DNA of 16,755 nucleotides, taken from assembly GCF_006345805.1 (NCBI RefSeq), contig NW_021824768.1, forward strand, positions 1 to 16,755, in the 5' to 3' direction. The stretch comes from Octopus sinensis (Eukaryota). This document shows positions 1-10,660 of this stretch, in pieces. The notes under the pieces were generated by a model that saw only the letters and a list, made by a program, of their open reading frames with translations, did not search any database and was not told where the DNA came from. The translations under genes were made by a program, and so were the position numbers. Position 1 is the first letter of the stretch, and each line of letters starts with the position of its first letter.

Positions 1-54
1 GATATATTTTTCGTTAAGTAATATGGTTTTTCTCCCCTTCCAGATTATAATATT

Positions 55-266
55 GAATTCAAAATTTGGCACGAGCCCAGCAATTTCAGGGGAGGGGTTA
101 AGTCGATTACATCGACTCCAGTTTTCAACTGGTACTTATTTTAATCGACCTCGATAGGATGAAAGGCAAAGCCGACTTCGGCGATATTTGGACTCAGAAC
201 ATAAAAACCGATGAAATGCCACTAAGTATTTTGTCGGGTGTGCTAAAGATTCTTCCTCGTCGCCTA
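55..266 (-). mobile_element. tRNA-derived SINE (family A, octopus-type), near full length, diverged
   Basis: Reverse complement begins AGGCGACGAG, has a B-box-like GAGTCCAAAT and the TTTGCCTTTCATCC...AAGTACCAG...GTCGATGTAATCGAC body shared with 290-477 and 10381-10613. Flanked by an 11-bp direct repeat ATTATAATATT (44-54, 267-277), a candidate TSD. Confidence 0.8.
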
Positions 267-289
267 ATTATAATATTAGATACATTATA

Positions 290-477
290 AAGGCGGCTAG
301 CTAACACAACTGTTAGTATGCCCGGTAAAATGCTTAGCGGCATTTTATCCGCCCTTACCTTCTGAATTCAAATTCCTCCGAGGTCCACTTTGCTTTTCAT
401 AAATTAAGTACCAATTAAGTACTGGAGTCGATGTAATCTACCCCGAAATTGCAGCCCTTGTGTCAAAATTTGAAACC
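290..477 (+). mobile_element. tRNA-derived SINE (family A), diverged, internal deletions
   Basis: Starts AAGGCGGCTAGC, has B-box-like GAATTCAAATTCC. The 18-nt block ACTGGAGTCGATGTAATC (421-438) is the exact reverse complement of 105-122. The 3' end CTTGTGTCAAAATTTGAAACC matches the 55-266 copy. Confidence 0.8.
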
Positions 478-555
478 TAATACTAGTTTCATATTTCTAA
501 TATTGATCCAATATACTTTTAATATGATCATTGTAAATATATAATATAAATCCCG

Positions 556-558
<3 letters not shown>

Positions 559-636
<78 letters not shown>

Positions 637-673
637 CGTGTGTGTGTATGTGCGTGCGTGTGTGTGTGTGTGT
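559..673. repeat. (TG)n microsatellite with TGCG interruptions, inside the Helitron 5' region
   Basis: Read directly from the sequence. Confidence 0.98.
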
Positions 674-988
674 AAAAGATTATGACGGCCGTATTTTTCA
701 ACTGATTTTCTCCAAACTGAGAACATACATTACTTATATTCCAGGGATGGTTTTAGACTCTTAAAATTTTCATATAATGAGTAACGGGACCCTGGGGACA
801 GAAAACATCCGTTCATGGGTAACGTGAAGGAGGACAGTAACTCTATGCGAAGTAACTTTCAGAAATTGATTGTCTCCCTTACATCCATTAGTGTTTTAAA
901 AAATTTTTAATATTGCTTTTTATATTAGATCTACGTCTTTGAAAGTTTTTTAAATATTTACTTCCAGTTTTCTAGAGCCAGTGACGTC

Positions 989-1170
989 TATATCTCTCTC
1001 TATCTATCTTTATATCTCTCTATCTCTCTATCCATCTCTATCTCTATATCTATCTCTCTCTCTCTGCATCTATTTGCCTATATCTTATCTGTCTATATCT
1101 ATCTTATTTGTCTAATTAGCTAGCTCTCTCTCTCCCTCCCTCCCCCTCTCTATATCTCACTCACTCTCTG
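989..1170. repeat. Degenerate (TC)n/(TATC)n low-complexity tract
   Basis: Read directly from the sequence. Confidence 0.9.
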
Positions 1171-1194
1171 TTGTTTTCACAATTTTCCGACGCA

Positions 1195-1250
1195 ATTGTT
1201 TTCATTTTAAGTTCAATCGCTATTGTTTTCACTGTAAGCTTTCAATCGCT
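1195..1250 (+). repeat. Two-copy tandem repeat, 27 and 29 nt (ATTGTTTTCA...TAAG...TTCAATCGCT)
   Basis: Units 1195-1221 and 1222-1250. Confidence 0.85.
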
Positions 1251-1267
1251 ATTTATAAAATACCACA

Positions 1268-1545
1268 AATTACTGACAGAAAGAAGTTCACAATTACTGG
1301 AGAAAGTAATTACATATATAATTTACTGACGGAAGTAACTTCATAACTTTCACTTCAATCCGTACACTTCGTTAAATTTGCCTACAAATTTCCTTCTTAC
1401 TTTTGCAACGTTTTGTTGGGGGTTTTTTACGGAATTACTGATAAAAGTAAGTTCATAATTTACTGACAGAAATAACTTCAAAAATTTCACTTAAATCTGT
1501 ACACTTAAAAATTCCTTATTTACTTTTGGAACGGTTTTGTGCTTT
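1268..1545 (+). repeat. Five copies of a ~24-nt motif within a ~140-bp internal duplication
   Basis: AA(T)TTACTG..AA.TAA.TTCA-like copies at 1268, 1292, 1320, 1433 and 1457. 1320-1369 aligns with 1457-1506, followed by TTCCTT.TTACTTTTG.AACG.TTTTGT in both. Confidence 0.85.
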
Positions 1546-1760
1546 TCTGTTGTTAACGGCTTTTTTCTGGTTTCTTCGATACTAGCTCTTTGGTTCACTA
1601 AGTGACAAATTTCGCTTAAACCTGTTCAATTCTTTATTTTCGGTAAAAATTTCTTATTTACTTTCTACTCGTCGTATTAAGAAATGTAATTTTCGTTGCC
1701 CAGTTATTTTCATTGTTTACTATCTTCTGCACCCGTGTATTTCTGTACACATATATAACC

Positions 1761-2138
1761 ATGCCTAGAAGGAAAGTGTCATATTTATCTACAATGTCAA
1801 GGTCAGCCAAAAGAACGTCTCTGTCCAAGGAAAGAGAGACAGCTGCAGAAAGGGAAGCATACCAAGAAACGAACAGACTGTGCACTACAAAAGCCAGAGC
1901 ATCTCAAAGCGATGAACAGCGGTATGTACGGCTGACAAGGAATAGGATCTCCACTGCAGGACGAAGAGCAGTTGCAACAGCTCAGAGAAGTAACTTGTGT
2001 GAAACAGCTTTCAATTATGGTCCAGCAGTTCATTATGCAGATGATACTAGAGTTTCCGTTGGTGCAATGACAACTGAGTGCATACATTGTAAAGCAAGGA
2101 AGTGGCCTGGAGAGACATTGGCCTTTCATTGTTTATAA
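1761..2138 (+). pseudogene. Truncated N-terminus of Helitron Rep/Helicase protein (125 codons from ATG 1761)
   Basis: MPRRK start, a charged helical R/E/T-rich repeat (ETAAEREAYQETNRL...EQRYVRLTRNRISTA), then AFNY...Y...V.VGAM...CIHCKARKWPGET. This matches the AF.Y...Y....IG.M...C..C.A.K...E.PG.CC motif recalled from Helitron N-termini. The ORF stops before the second Cys pair; no Rep or PIF1 helicase domains follow. Confidence 0.75.
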
Positions 2139-2200
2139 TCTGTAACTGTTTTTTTTTTTGGTTACGAAATAAGCTATACAAATCGTGGTTTTGAATTACA

Positions 2201-2438
2201 TGTTTTTGTTTTTTTTTGTTTTTGTTTTTCCAGTTTCAGCTCTTGAGCTGTGGCCATGCTGGGGCACCGCCATTGTGGTGAAAGAGTACAGCAGGGATCA
2301 CCACCCCCTGCCGGAGCCTCGTAGAGCTTTTAGGTGTTTTCGCTCAATAAACACACACAACGCCCGGTCTGAGAATCGAAACCGCGATCCTGCGACCGCG
2401 AGTCCGCTGCCCTAACCACTAGGCCATTGCGCCTCCAC
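2201..2438 (-). mobile_element. tRNA-derived SINE nested in the Helitron
   Basis: Reverse complement GTGGAGGCGCAA-TGGCCTAGTGG (A box)...GGTTTCGATTC (B box). The 3' end GGCGGTGCCCCAGCATGGCCA has a terminal hairpin CAGCTC-AA-GAGCTG and an A-rich tail (2201-2230). Confidence 0.85.
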
Positions 2439-3268
2439 TTGTATTTACTTTATATACGTATATGAGTTGAAAATTTTCTTTTAACATTTCACTTAACGTC
2501 TATGTTCCATGCTGGCATGGGTTGGTGAGTTATTAATGTAGACAGTTGGTATCTCAGCTACTAGCAACTGAGACCGGCATAATGTAGACGGCGTTTTAAA
2601 ATTTCATTATTCTCTTTAACCCGGCCAACGCCGGGTATTTCTGCTTGTACGATATAAAACTGATCAAGAGTACTAATCTTTGTTTAGTTATTTTTGTGAG
2701 AATATGTTAAAGTACTGAATTCAACGTTACCTTAGTTAGATTTATACTGTAGGTTTTAAAGCATTAATATTATTCAAAAAAGTTAAAATGAGCCTAAATG
2801 AAAGTTTATTGTATATCTATAATTGTAACACTGAGCATGCTTTTATTTTCATTTCTTATATATCTCTGAAAACGATACTTTTTACATCATCTCAGATTCC
2901 TGTATGATTTGTTAAAGAGGAGTTTTGTATGCGAATATTTTACCTGTTAAAAACAACTGTCAAATTCCCCTCAAATCACATTCTGTCGATTAGAAAAAAG
3001 ATAGGTACATTTGGCAATGTAATCCTTGAGATAAAAAATTACAAGGTTACAACTGGAACACCTTTTATCACAGTTGAGGGTTGATCTGAGACAAAACAAG
3101 AGCAACTATGAGAAACATAAAAACTTCCACTGATTTCCTTATATTTCCTTTTTTTAGCGGTGATACTAAATATACGGTTACTGAGCTATCGAGAGTAAAG
3201 TTATCTCTGAAGAGATTTGAACTCAGAAGTATCGTTGCTGTAATTATATGTGTAAAGGTTACTTCCCT

Positions 3269-3656
3269 GGCGTGGCTGTGTGGTGGGTTGCTTCCCAAAA
3301 ACATCGTTCCGGGTTCAGTCCCACTGCGTGGCACCTTAGGCAAGTGTCTTCTACTATAGCCCCGAACCAACCAAAGCCTTCTGCATTTGGTAGGCGAAAA
3401 CTGCTAAGCCCGTCGTTTATATACATCGGTGTGTGTGTGTGTGTGTGTTTGTCCCCCCCCCAATCACCGCTTGACAACCGGTGTTAATGTATTTGCGTCC
3501 CCGCAACTTAGCAGTTTTTAAAACCCTGATAAGTATTAGGGTTTAAAAAAAAATAAAAACTACTGTAGCTGATTCATTCGACTAAGAATTCTTTGAGGTG
3601 TCCCAGCACGACCGTAGACAAATGACTGAAATGAATAAAAGATAAAACAAAAAAAA
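3269..3656 (+). mobile_element. tRNA-derived SINE (family C) with internal (TG)n; possibly CORE-type
   Basis: Head GGCGTGGCTGTGTGG...CCGGGTTCAGTCCC (B box-like), CCTTAGGCAAGTGTCTT CORE-like segment, internal (TG)n (~3429-3448), and 3' end CCCAGCAC...AAATGACTGAAA plus an A-rich tail. The 3' half is homologous to 13010-13158. Confidence 0.8.
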
Positions 3657-5904
3657 TTAATAAGTAAAAGGAAAAATACATTAACCTTGCTTTATTAGAA
3701 AATATTTTTAAGAAAAATTTACAAGTAAGAGGAAAACATGCTGTGCAACGGCAATCGAAGAGCGAATTTCTCTTACTTTAAAGGGATTCCTGTATGCGTT
3801 ATATTTGCGTTATGTTTGGTCTATTTGGGGTCGTCTTACTTACCGCTATTTCTCCTCAAACGCTTTTCACGAACCTATCTAATTCATTAAAGGAGACTTA
3901 GTATCTGTTTATAATTATTAATGCTGGTAGCTGTAATTATTCTCATGATTAACGCTTGTGACTGTAATTATTTCCATATGTATTTCAAAATAATTACTTT
4001 GATATACGTTATATATTTCTTGTAAATGAAACTTTTTCATGAAATGCATGTTTTTATAAAAGTTTTCTGGTACGTTCATCTATCCGCACACTTTGTTTAC
4101 TTCTTCGAAATCCCATCTATATCCTTTATGAAAATCTGATATTAGTCTAATGCTGTGCCTTTTGTATTTGTTCAGTTAAGAATTCTACTTACTGAAACCT
4201 TTATTACAAATTCTTAGTTTGATTATTTCAATGCTGAGGTCCACTTTTTAAAAATTTATTTATTTATCCGTCTATCTATTTTCGATTTTATATATATGTA
4301 AAGTCTTTAAGATATCGGTATACTAGATTCTCAGGAATGCCGAGAGGACTAAATGTGTAGTGGTTCGCACATATTGTACTAGAGGCAGTGTGTGAGGCTT
4401 GTTCTCAACTAAATAATCTCTGAATAAGTAAGTCAATTTCACTCGAATTAAGTATCAAACATGTATTTCGGCGTCATAAGCGGCACTATGAATTAATGTT
4501 TGTTATCCACATAGAGTGACGAGTTCTATACCTCAACAATGAACCTTCGTATATATGATTTTATTCATCTTAGATCCGTTTCACTTTTAGTCTTGTAATT
4601 CGGAAAAATCATTCTCATTAGCTACAAATATTTTAGTAATTGATGTATTAAAATATAAAAATGCAAAATATATTTTTAGGGAATCTAATAATTAATGAAT
4701 AAAAAAAAAATGGTCAATAGTTTGATATAGAATAATTACTGTTTGGTGTTTTGAAAATTTAAATTAAAAAACTTTTGACATTTAAAAGCTAAACTACGAA
4801 ATATCAAATGCGAAGTGAGAGCCAGAAATATCACTCATTTCCATAATTGTTGGTTTGTTATTTGAAAATGAGAAATTATCCGAACTAGTCTGTTAATCTC
4901 TATTCAAGCAGCATTCAATGTTATACAATCCAAGTGGTAATTGAGATTAGTTATTACCGAATCAAAGATACTAATGCTTCCTCAGTTGTCAATTAGTATG
5001 ATGATATAAAGGCCTGGTGCTTGAATAAATATGATACAAAACTTAAAGAATTTATTCATGAATTATGGTTTCATATATCTCTCTAAGTGCCAAGAGCTAT
5101 CCTTAGATAACAGTTGGTGAAATATGATTATTAAACAAATGAGGGCTATGCATAGTTCCTACATTATTTATTTACACTCTTTAAGCCATACACATAATTA
5201 TCAGTGTAACTATTTTCGTTCTCGTCATAACTTAATATGTCGGTTGCTCAATACATTTGAGATCTCTCACTGTAGTGTCATCTTCATTTTCCAGGACAAA
5301 ACACTACAGTGGGTTTACTCTAGAGGCTTCACTACAGTTAAAATGTTCTTTTACGAAAGAAAGCCTAACTATAGATAATGGAAAGCTTAAACAGGAACAC
5401 AATCATGTTACGAACAAGAATACGGTAAAAGGCAGGGCTAATAATGACACTTTTCTCAATTCTTCCTTCTTAAAGTTTCAGTAACGTGACGGAGAAAATG
5501 CTATGAGGCTATTCTAATATCCTTTTTCAGGCAAGACCACATGCTTGAACTGGAAATAATTTGATAGAATTATATATCACACATATACAGATAACAGCTA
5601 TCTATAGTTATTGTATTACAATTTACTGCATACGTTTGTTGGTGCTGTTTATATATAAAACTTAATTTAATTGATTCCGAAACATAGTGTGTAATCCCTA
5701 ATTAGTTATGTGCGGTCCGTAGATCGTTATATTTTTAGAGTCGTAAATTTAAAATCTTACGCAAATGTATGTTACTTTTCCTGTCATTTATATACCAACA
5801 TAAGTTGGTATATGCTGATTAATTTTATAGGTTTCTTTAAATTTTCCTATTAAAAATAGGGACCAAATTACATCCTCAACTTTCTTTTTGACATTTGCAT
5901 TCTG

Positions 5905-5960
<56 letters not shown>

Positions 5961-5961
5961 C

Positions 5962-6026
<65 letters not shown>
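5905..6026. repeat. (TCTA)n microsatellite
   Basis: Read directly from the sequence. Confidence 0.98.
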
Positions 6027-6101
6027 CCACGGATAAACCTTACTTGCTTTCCTCTTTACACCATACATCATGGCACTGTGATACACGATCCCTATTGATC
6101 G

Positions 6102-6229
6102 TTTTTTTTTCTCTTCCCCTTTTTTCCTCTTTTTTGTTCTTTTTTCATTTTTCTTTTCTTTTGTTCCTTTTCCCTTTTTTCTTTTCCTTTTTTTTCTTTT
6201 TTTCTTTTTTTTGTTCTTTTTTCCCTTTT
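6102..6229. repeat. T-rich polypyrimidine tract between two 17-bp direct repeats
   Basis: ACGATCCCT(A/T)TTGATCG at 6085-6101 and 6230-6246. Confidence 0.85.
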
Positions 6230-6292
6230 ACGATCCCTTTTGATCGAAAACCTACGCCACCTTTTTTTTTCTCCTCCAAAAGAAAAGCTCTA

Positions 6293-6342
6293 CCTTGTAA
6301 CTTGTCCCATCTGTGTGCAGCCCCCTGTGGCCAATAAAGAAA
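6293..6342 (+). mobile_element. 3' fragment of family A SINE
   Basis: CCTTG...TTGTCCCATCTGTGTGCAGCCCCCTGTGGCCAATAAAGAAA aligns with the reverse complement of ~10074-10121. Confidence 0.7.
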
Positions 6343-6343
6343 C

Positions 6344-6344
<1 letters not shown>

Positions 6345-6416
<72 letters not shown>

Positions 6417-6444
6417 CATCCATCCATTTACCTGTCTATCTCTC

Positions 6445-6499
<55 letters not shown>

Positions 6500-6543
6500 A
6501 TCCAACTACCTATCTATCTGTCAATCTATCTATCCATCAATCA

Positions 6544-6616
<73 letters not shown>

Positions 6617-6698
6617 GTCTCTATCTATCTATCTATCTATCTACCTACCTACCTACCTACCTACCTACCTACCTACCTACCTACATATCTATCCATCT
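6345..6698. repeat. Compound (TATC)n/(TACC)n microsatellite
   Basis: Read directly from the sequence. Confidence 0.97.
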
Positions 6699-7183
6699 CA
6701 TTCTTCCAATTTATCTTCCTTTGTTTATCTCATTTTTCTCTGACACTTCATGCTTCCGTCTCTATATGTAAACATTGGTTTATCTTTACTGTTTGTTACA
6801 TTCAAACTCTCACCTAGCTATCTCATACTTTTCCTATTTTCCTTTACTCTGTTAATTTGCATTTCTCGCATTTCTTTCTTCTACTTTATACCTTCCTCTC
6901 TCTCCGTCCATACCTATCAATATCTTTGTTTATTTCTGTTTTACTATTCGCAACCAAATGCTAATTCAACCCCCTCCCTCATTTTCTTATAATGTTCTTT
7001 ATTTTTATTTCCTTTTAGACCCTCTCCCACACTCCCCCTCCTTTCTACTTCTGTTTCCGTACCTCATTTTACGCACCCCCAAAATCTTTGTCCTGAATTC
7101 TCGTTTTCTTTTCCAACTGAGCCTGAAAAGTACCTGACTTACAAGAAATTATTGTGGATATCGAGCGAAGGCTTCCCTTCATT

Positions 7184-7196
7184 TGTGTGTGTGTGT

Positions 7197-7247
<51 letters not shown>

Positions 7248-7255
7248 TGTGTGTG
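7184..7255. repeat. (TG)n microsatellite
   Basis: Read directly from the sequence. Confidence 0.97.
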
Positions 7256-7391
7256 GAAGGATGTATATACATACATACATATAGCTTTCTATTAAGTGTT
7301 AACAGATGTACGTGAAGAATAGAGAAATATCAGTTAGGGGACAGACAGAGAGTGAGAAAACGGAATAAAAGGAAGGGGAAAGCAATCATGA

Positions 7392-7492
7392 ACACACACA
7401 CACACACACACGCACGCACGCACGCACACACACATACATATATATACACACAGACAATTATGTATATATGCATATATATATACATATATATA

Positions 7493-7548
<56 letters not shown>

Positions 7549-7620
7549 TATGTATACATGTTTGCATGTACATATGCACGTATGTATGTATATATGTATG
7601 TATGCATGCATGTATGTGTG
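7392..7620. repeat. Compound (CA)n/(CACG)n/(TA)n/(TATG)n microsatellite
   Basis: Read directly from the sequence. Confidence 0.95.
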
Positions 7621-7857
7621 TAATAGGACCATGCAGCGAGGAATAATGTAAATGCATGAAGAGAAAATGGTTAACAAGCGTAAATATTGTTAAACAAAAA
7701 GATAAGGTAGGAAGGAAAATGTTGGAAGGTAGAGAAAGATTTATACGAAACTAGATGGAAAGGTAGATAACATGAGGAAAATAGGCTGAGAGAAAGATTC
7801 TGTAAATGAAACAGGCACCATAATGAAACAAATTAAAACATATGTGCGTGTGTAAAG

Positions 7858-8023
<166 letters not shown>

Positions 8024-8300
8024 AGGGGATTGGGTTTGTGACAGAAATTTGAATTAAACTTGAGATCTAAAATTTCGAAAAATATAATATTCAATGATTC
8101 TTATGAAATTAGTTGAACGGTGAACAGTGTTTTGTGGATGCAGCACAGTTTCGATTCCTTTCGGAAGCACTTCCAGTTAATATTCATCACTAAATTCGTT
8201 CCAGATTTGTAAATTTCTGTGTGAGGTTTTCACAAATCCCGTAACTTAGCATCAATTCTAAAGACGTTTTCACTATCAACTTAAATTTTTCCTTTCTCTC

Positions 8301-8401
8301 CACACATACATACACACATGCGTGCATGCATGCATGTATGTATGTATGTATGTATGTATGTATGTATGTATGTATGTATGTATGTATGTATGTATGTATG
8401 T
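8301..8401. repeat. (TATG)n microsatellite with CA/TGCA-rich left edge
   Basis: Read directly from the sequence. Confidence 0.95.
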
Positions 8402-10027
8402 GCGTTTGTTATTGTGTCTGAAATCGAGAGTAGTGTTACTTATGGACAAAATATTGAAACGGTTAAGCATCTTATATGGACGCCGGTATGCAACAAAAAA
8501 AAGAGAAAGATGCCCTCCAATTTATAAGTTTAAAGGTCAAAGACTATGACTCTTTCAACTATATATTTGGGTTTATAGATGTGAACTGTAGGACTCATCA
8601 GCCATTGTAGTCAGAGCTATGAGAGAAATTGACTTAAGTATTGAAAAATTAAGGAAACCTTTGTCAATTTTGAAGCAATGCTATTGCTTAAAATAGATAT
8701 ACCGCTGTATGGTATCTATTTACAGATAAATATGTTATGTGATGTAAAGCTTTTGACTAAAAGCAAAGTGTAGCGCAAATAACTGGACATGAATCACTGA
8801 GCTTTTGGTTAGTTGTACAGCAATTTATCAACTATCTTTAGCTCTTTCTTCGTAACTATTCGATTTATTGTAACTAAGTACAGACTGTTTCCTGTTTTGA
8901 TTTTTTACTGATTAATGGTAGGATATAGGCCAATAAAATCGTATCTAGGATTCTACTTAATGAATTTTAAGGTGGAAGCAAGCTCTGAGTATCACCTTCT
9001 CCAATATTGTTTATATTTCTTATGCATAACTGTGGCCTGGCATTAGAAAACAGATGGTGGCGAAGTTGGTGCTTTTACTAAAAGGGCTTTGAAGATGTGG
9101 ATAGCAAATATGGCTCTAGAATAGAAATAAAACCGGTTCAAAAGTTTTAATTGCTATAAGCTTGCCTTTTATTCCATGGAGGCCAACTATCTTAAACATA
9201 AATTACAAACGGATCATATATATTATTGTAGATTATTGTAGATTATCCAAGTAGATTATTTGTAATACACGATCCTCTGATTTTGGTCTTATAAATGCTA
9301 CATGGCAATATTATCATGTTGCTAATAACATTAAAATCCGTTTTAATACACAAATGGAAATATATAAACGGTTTTTGGACATATTTTAAATGTATACATG
9401 CAATAATTTTCTACATTAAGCATATACAATTTCGTTAGTCTGCTTTTACAAGAAATACACATCTAGAAAGGATATGCAAAATAGATCTTCCCTTCCAATG
9501 ACCTGGAGGCTTCAATTAGGCATGTAATTTCACACCGTTAAATCTCTCAATCTGGATTCCCAATTCTTCGTTTTACATTGGTAAGAGAGGTATACAAATG
9601 GTTGTCTGTTTAAGTATAATGAGAAACATAATTCAAGCATCTAATCTAATTGCTTTAGTGACACACAGACTATAGCGCAAGATAGTTTCGTATGACGTGC
9701 ACACATTACTACTCCTGTGTAAAATTGATCTTGGTGTTTACATTAGTTCGTTTTTTGTATTTATTACTATCCTTTTGCTTTTAAGTGTGAAGCAAACGAA
9801 ACACAGAATAAAAGGAAGAACCCTGGAATGGTAAATGCTTAATAGTGCCACAGTTTAAGGCGATTACAAAACACAAAATGCTGTAAAACGAAAACTGATA
9901 TTTATTCAAATAATTCAGTGATCCTTTTCTTATTCTTAAAAAAAATGTAAGCCCCCTTATTTATTCGAATAAATTCCTTTAATGTAATATTAATTTCTCA
10001 CTTTAGAACAAGGCTACAACCTATAAG

Positions 10028-10054
10028 GCTAATGTTTCTGCCAGCTCGCCGCTT
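10028..10054 (-). mobile_element. Isolated 5'-terminal stub of family A SINE
   Basis: GCTAATGTTTCTGCCAGCTCGCCGCTT matches 10586-10613 (GCTAACGATTCTGCCAGCTCGCTGCCTT). Confidence 0.7.
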
Positions 10055-10069
10055 AACTTTAAAAAATTA

Positions 10070-10254
10070 TTTATTTCATTATTGCCCACAGGGGGCTAAA
10101 CATAGAGGGGACAAACAAGGACAGACAAAGGATTTAAGTCGATTACATCAACTCCAGTGCGTAACTGGTACTTATTTAATCGACTCCGAAAGGATGAAAG
10201 GAAAAGTCGACCTCGGCGGAATTTGAACTCAGAACGCAACGGCAGACGAAATAC
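10070..10254 (-). mobile_element. Family A SINE, lacking the first ~50 nt of its head
   Basis: Aligns closely along its length with 10381-10563; stops at GAAATAC. Confidence 0.88.
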
Positions 10255-10258
10255 ACTT

Positions 10259-10360
10259 AAATATTGATTGCTTAATGTTGGCATCATACGATATATTTGT
10301 ACAGAAGGGTCAAATTGTATTGACTTAAATAAATCCCCTAATTGACTTGTACTTATTTAC
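10259..10360 (-). mobile_element. Old degenerate SINE 3' fragment (related to the 55-266 type)
   Basis: Starts AAATATTGATTGC like 10661-10673 and contains TTGTACTTATTT like the CTGGTACTTATTT core; weak alignment. Confidence 0.45.
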
Positions 10361-10380
10361 TCACAGAGCATATGAATACC

Positions 10381-10613
10381 TATTTCTTTACTACCCACAA
10401 GGGGCTAAACACAGAGGGGACGAACAAGGACAGACACACGGATTAAGTCGATTATATCGACCCCAGTGCGTAACTGGTACTTATTTAATCGACCCCGAAA
10501 GGATGAAAGGCAAAGTCGACCTTGGCGGAATTTGAACTCAGAACGTAACGGCAGACGAAATACGGCTAAGCATTTCGCCCGGCGTGCTAACGATTCTGCC
10601 AGCTCGCTGCCTT
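10381..10613 (-). mobile_element. Full-length, young family A tRNA-derived SINE with 16-bp TSD
   Basis: Reverse complement AAGGCAGCGAGCTGGCAGAATCGTTAGCACGCCGGG...GAGTTCAAATTCC (B box). TSD AGAGCA(T/A)ATGAATACC at 10365-10380 and 10614-10629 (15/16 identical). Confidence 0.92.
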
Positions 10614-10660
10614 AGAGCAAATGAATACCAGGCACTCTGTCACGTACCTTAAATTAAGTA

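Larger units (their letters stand above)
528..2647 (+). mobile_element. Non-autonomous (internally deleted) Helitron
   Basis: 3' end: perfect 7-bp hairpin ACCCGGC-CAAC-GCCGGGT (2619-2636), then ATTTCTG-CTTG|T (canonical CTRR|T with one change). 5' end: candidate A|TC at 527/528, then TATATAATATAAATCC and a (TG)n microsatellite, as in many animal Helitron 5' ends; the exact 5' boundary is uncertain (528-540). Carries a Rep/Hel N-terminal fragment. Confidence 0.75.

Noticed and set aside
1268-1480. CRISPR-like or other prokaryotic repeat array
   Set aside because: Units are degenerate with no unique equal-length spacers, there are no cas genes, and the context is eukaryotic.
2360-2438. tRNA gene (also the heads at ~11150-11224, 3269-3325 and 10520-10613)
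   Set aside because: A and B boxes are present, but they run into SINE bodies and tails and do not close a cloverleaf acceptor stem.
4335-4433. AG...GTAAGT-bounded 93-nt candidate coding exon
   Set aside because: Stops in all three frames; only a non-coding exon is possible, with no further support.
8542-8612. Minus-strand CUGAUGAGUCC...GAAAGAGUC, resembling a canonical hammerhead core
   Set aside because: Stem II does not close next to GAAA, C15.2 is absent so stem III cannot form, and stem I does not pair adjacent to the core; treated as chance.
10032-10535. Paralogous short ORFs (...PQGAKHRGD.QGQT...RMKGKVDLGGI)
   Set aside because: Antisense translations of two copies of the same SINE.
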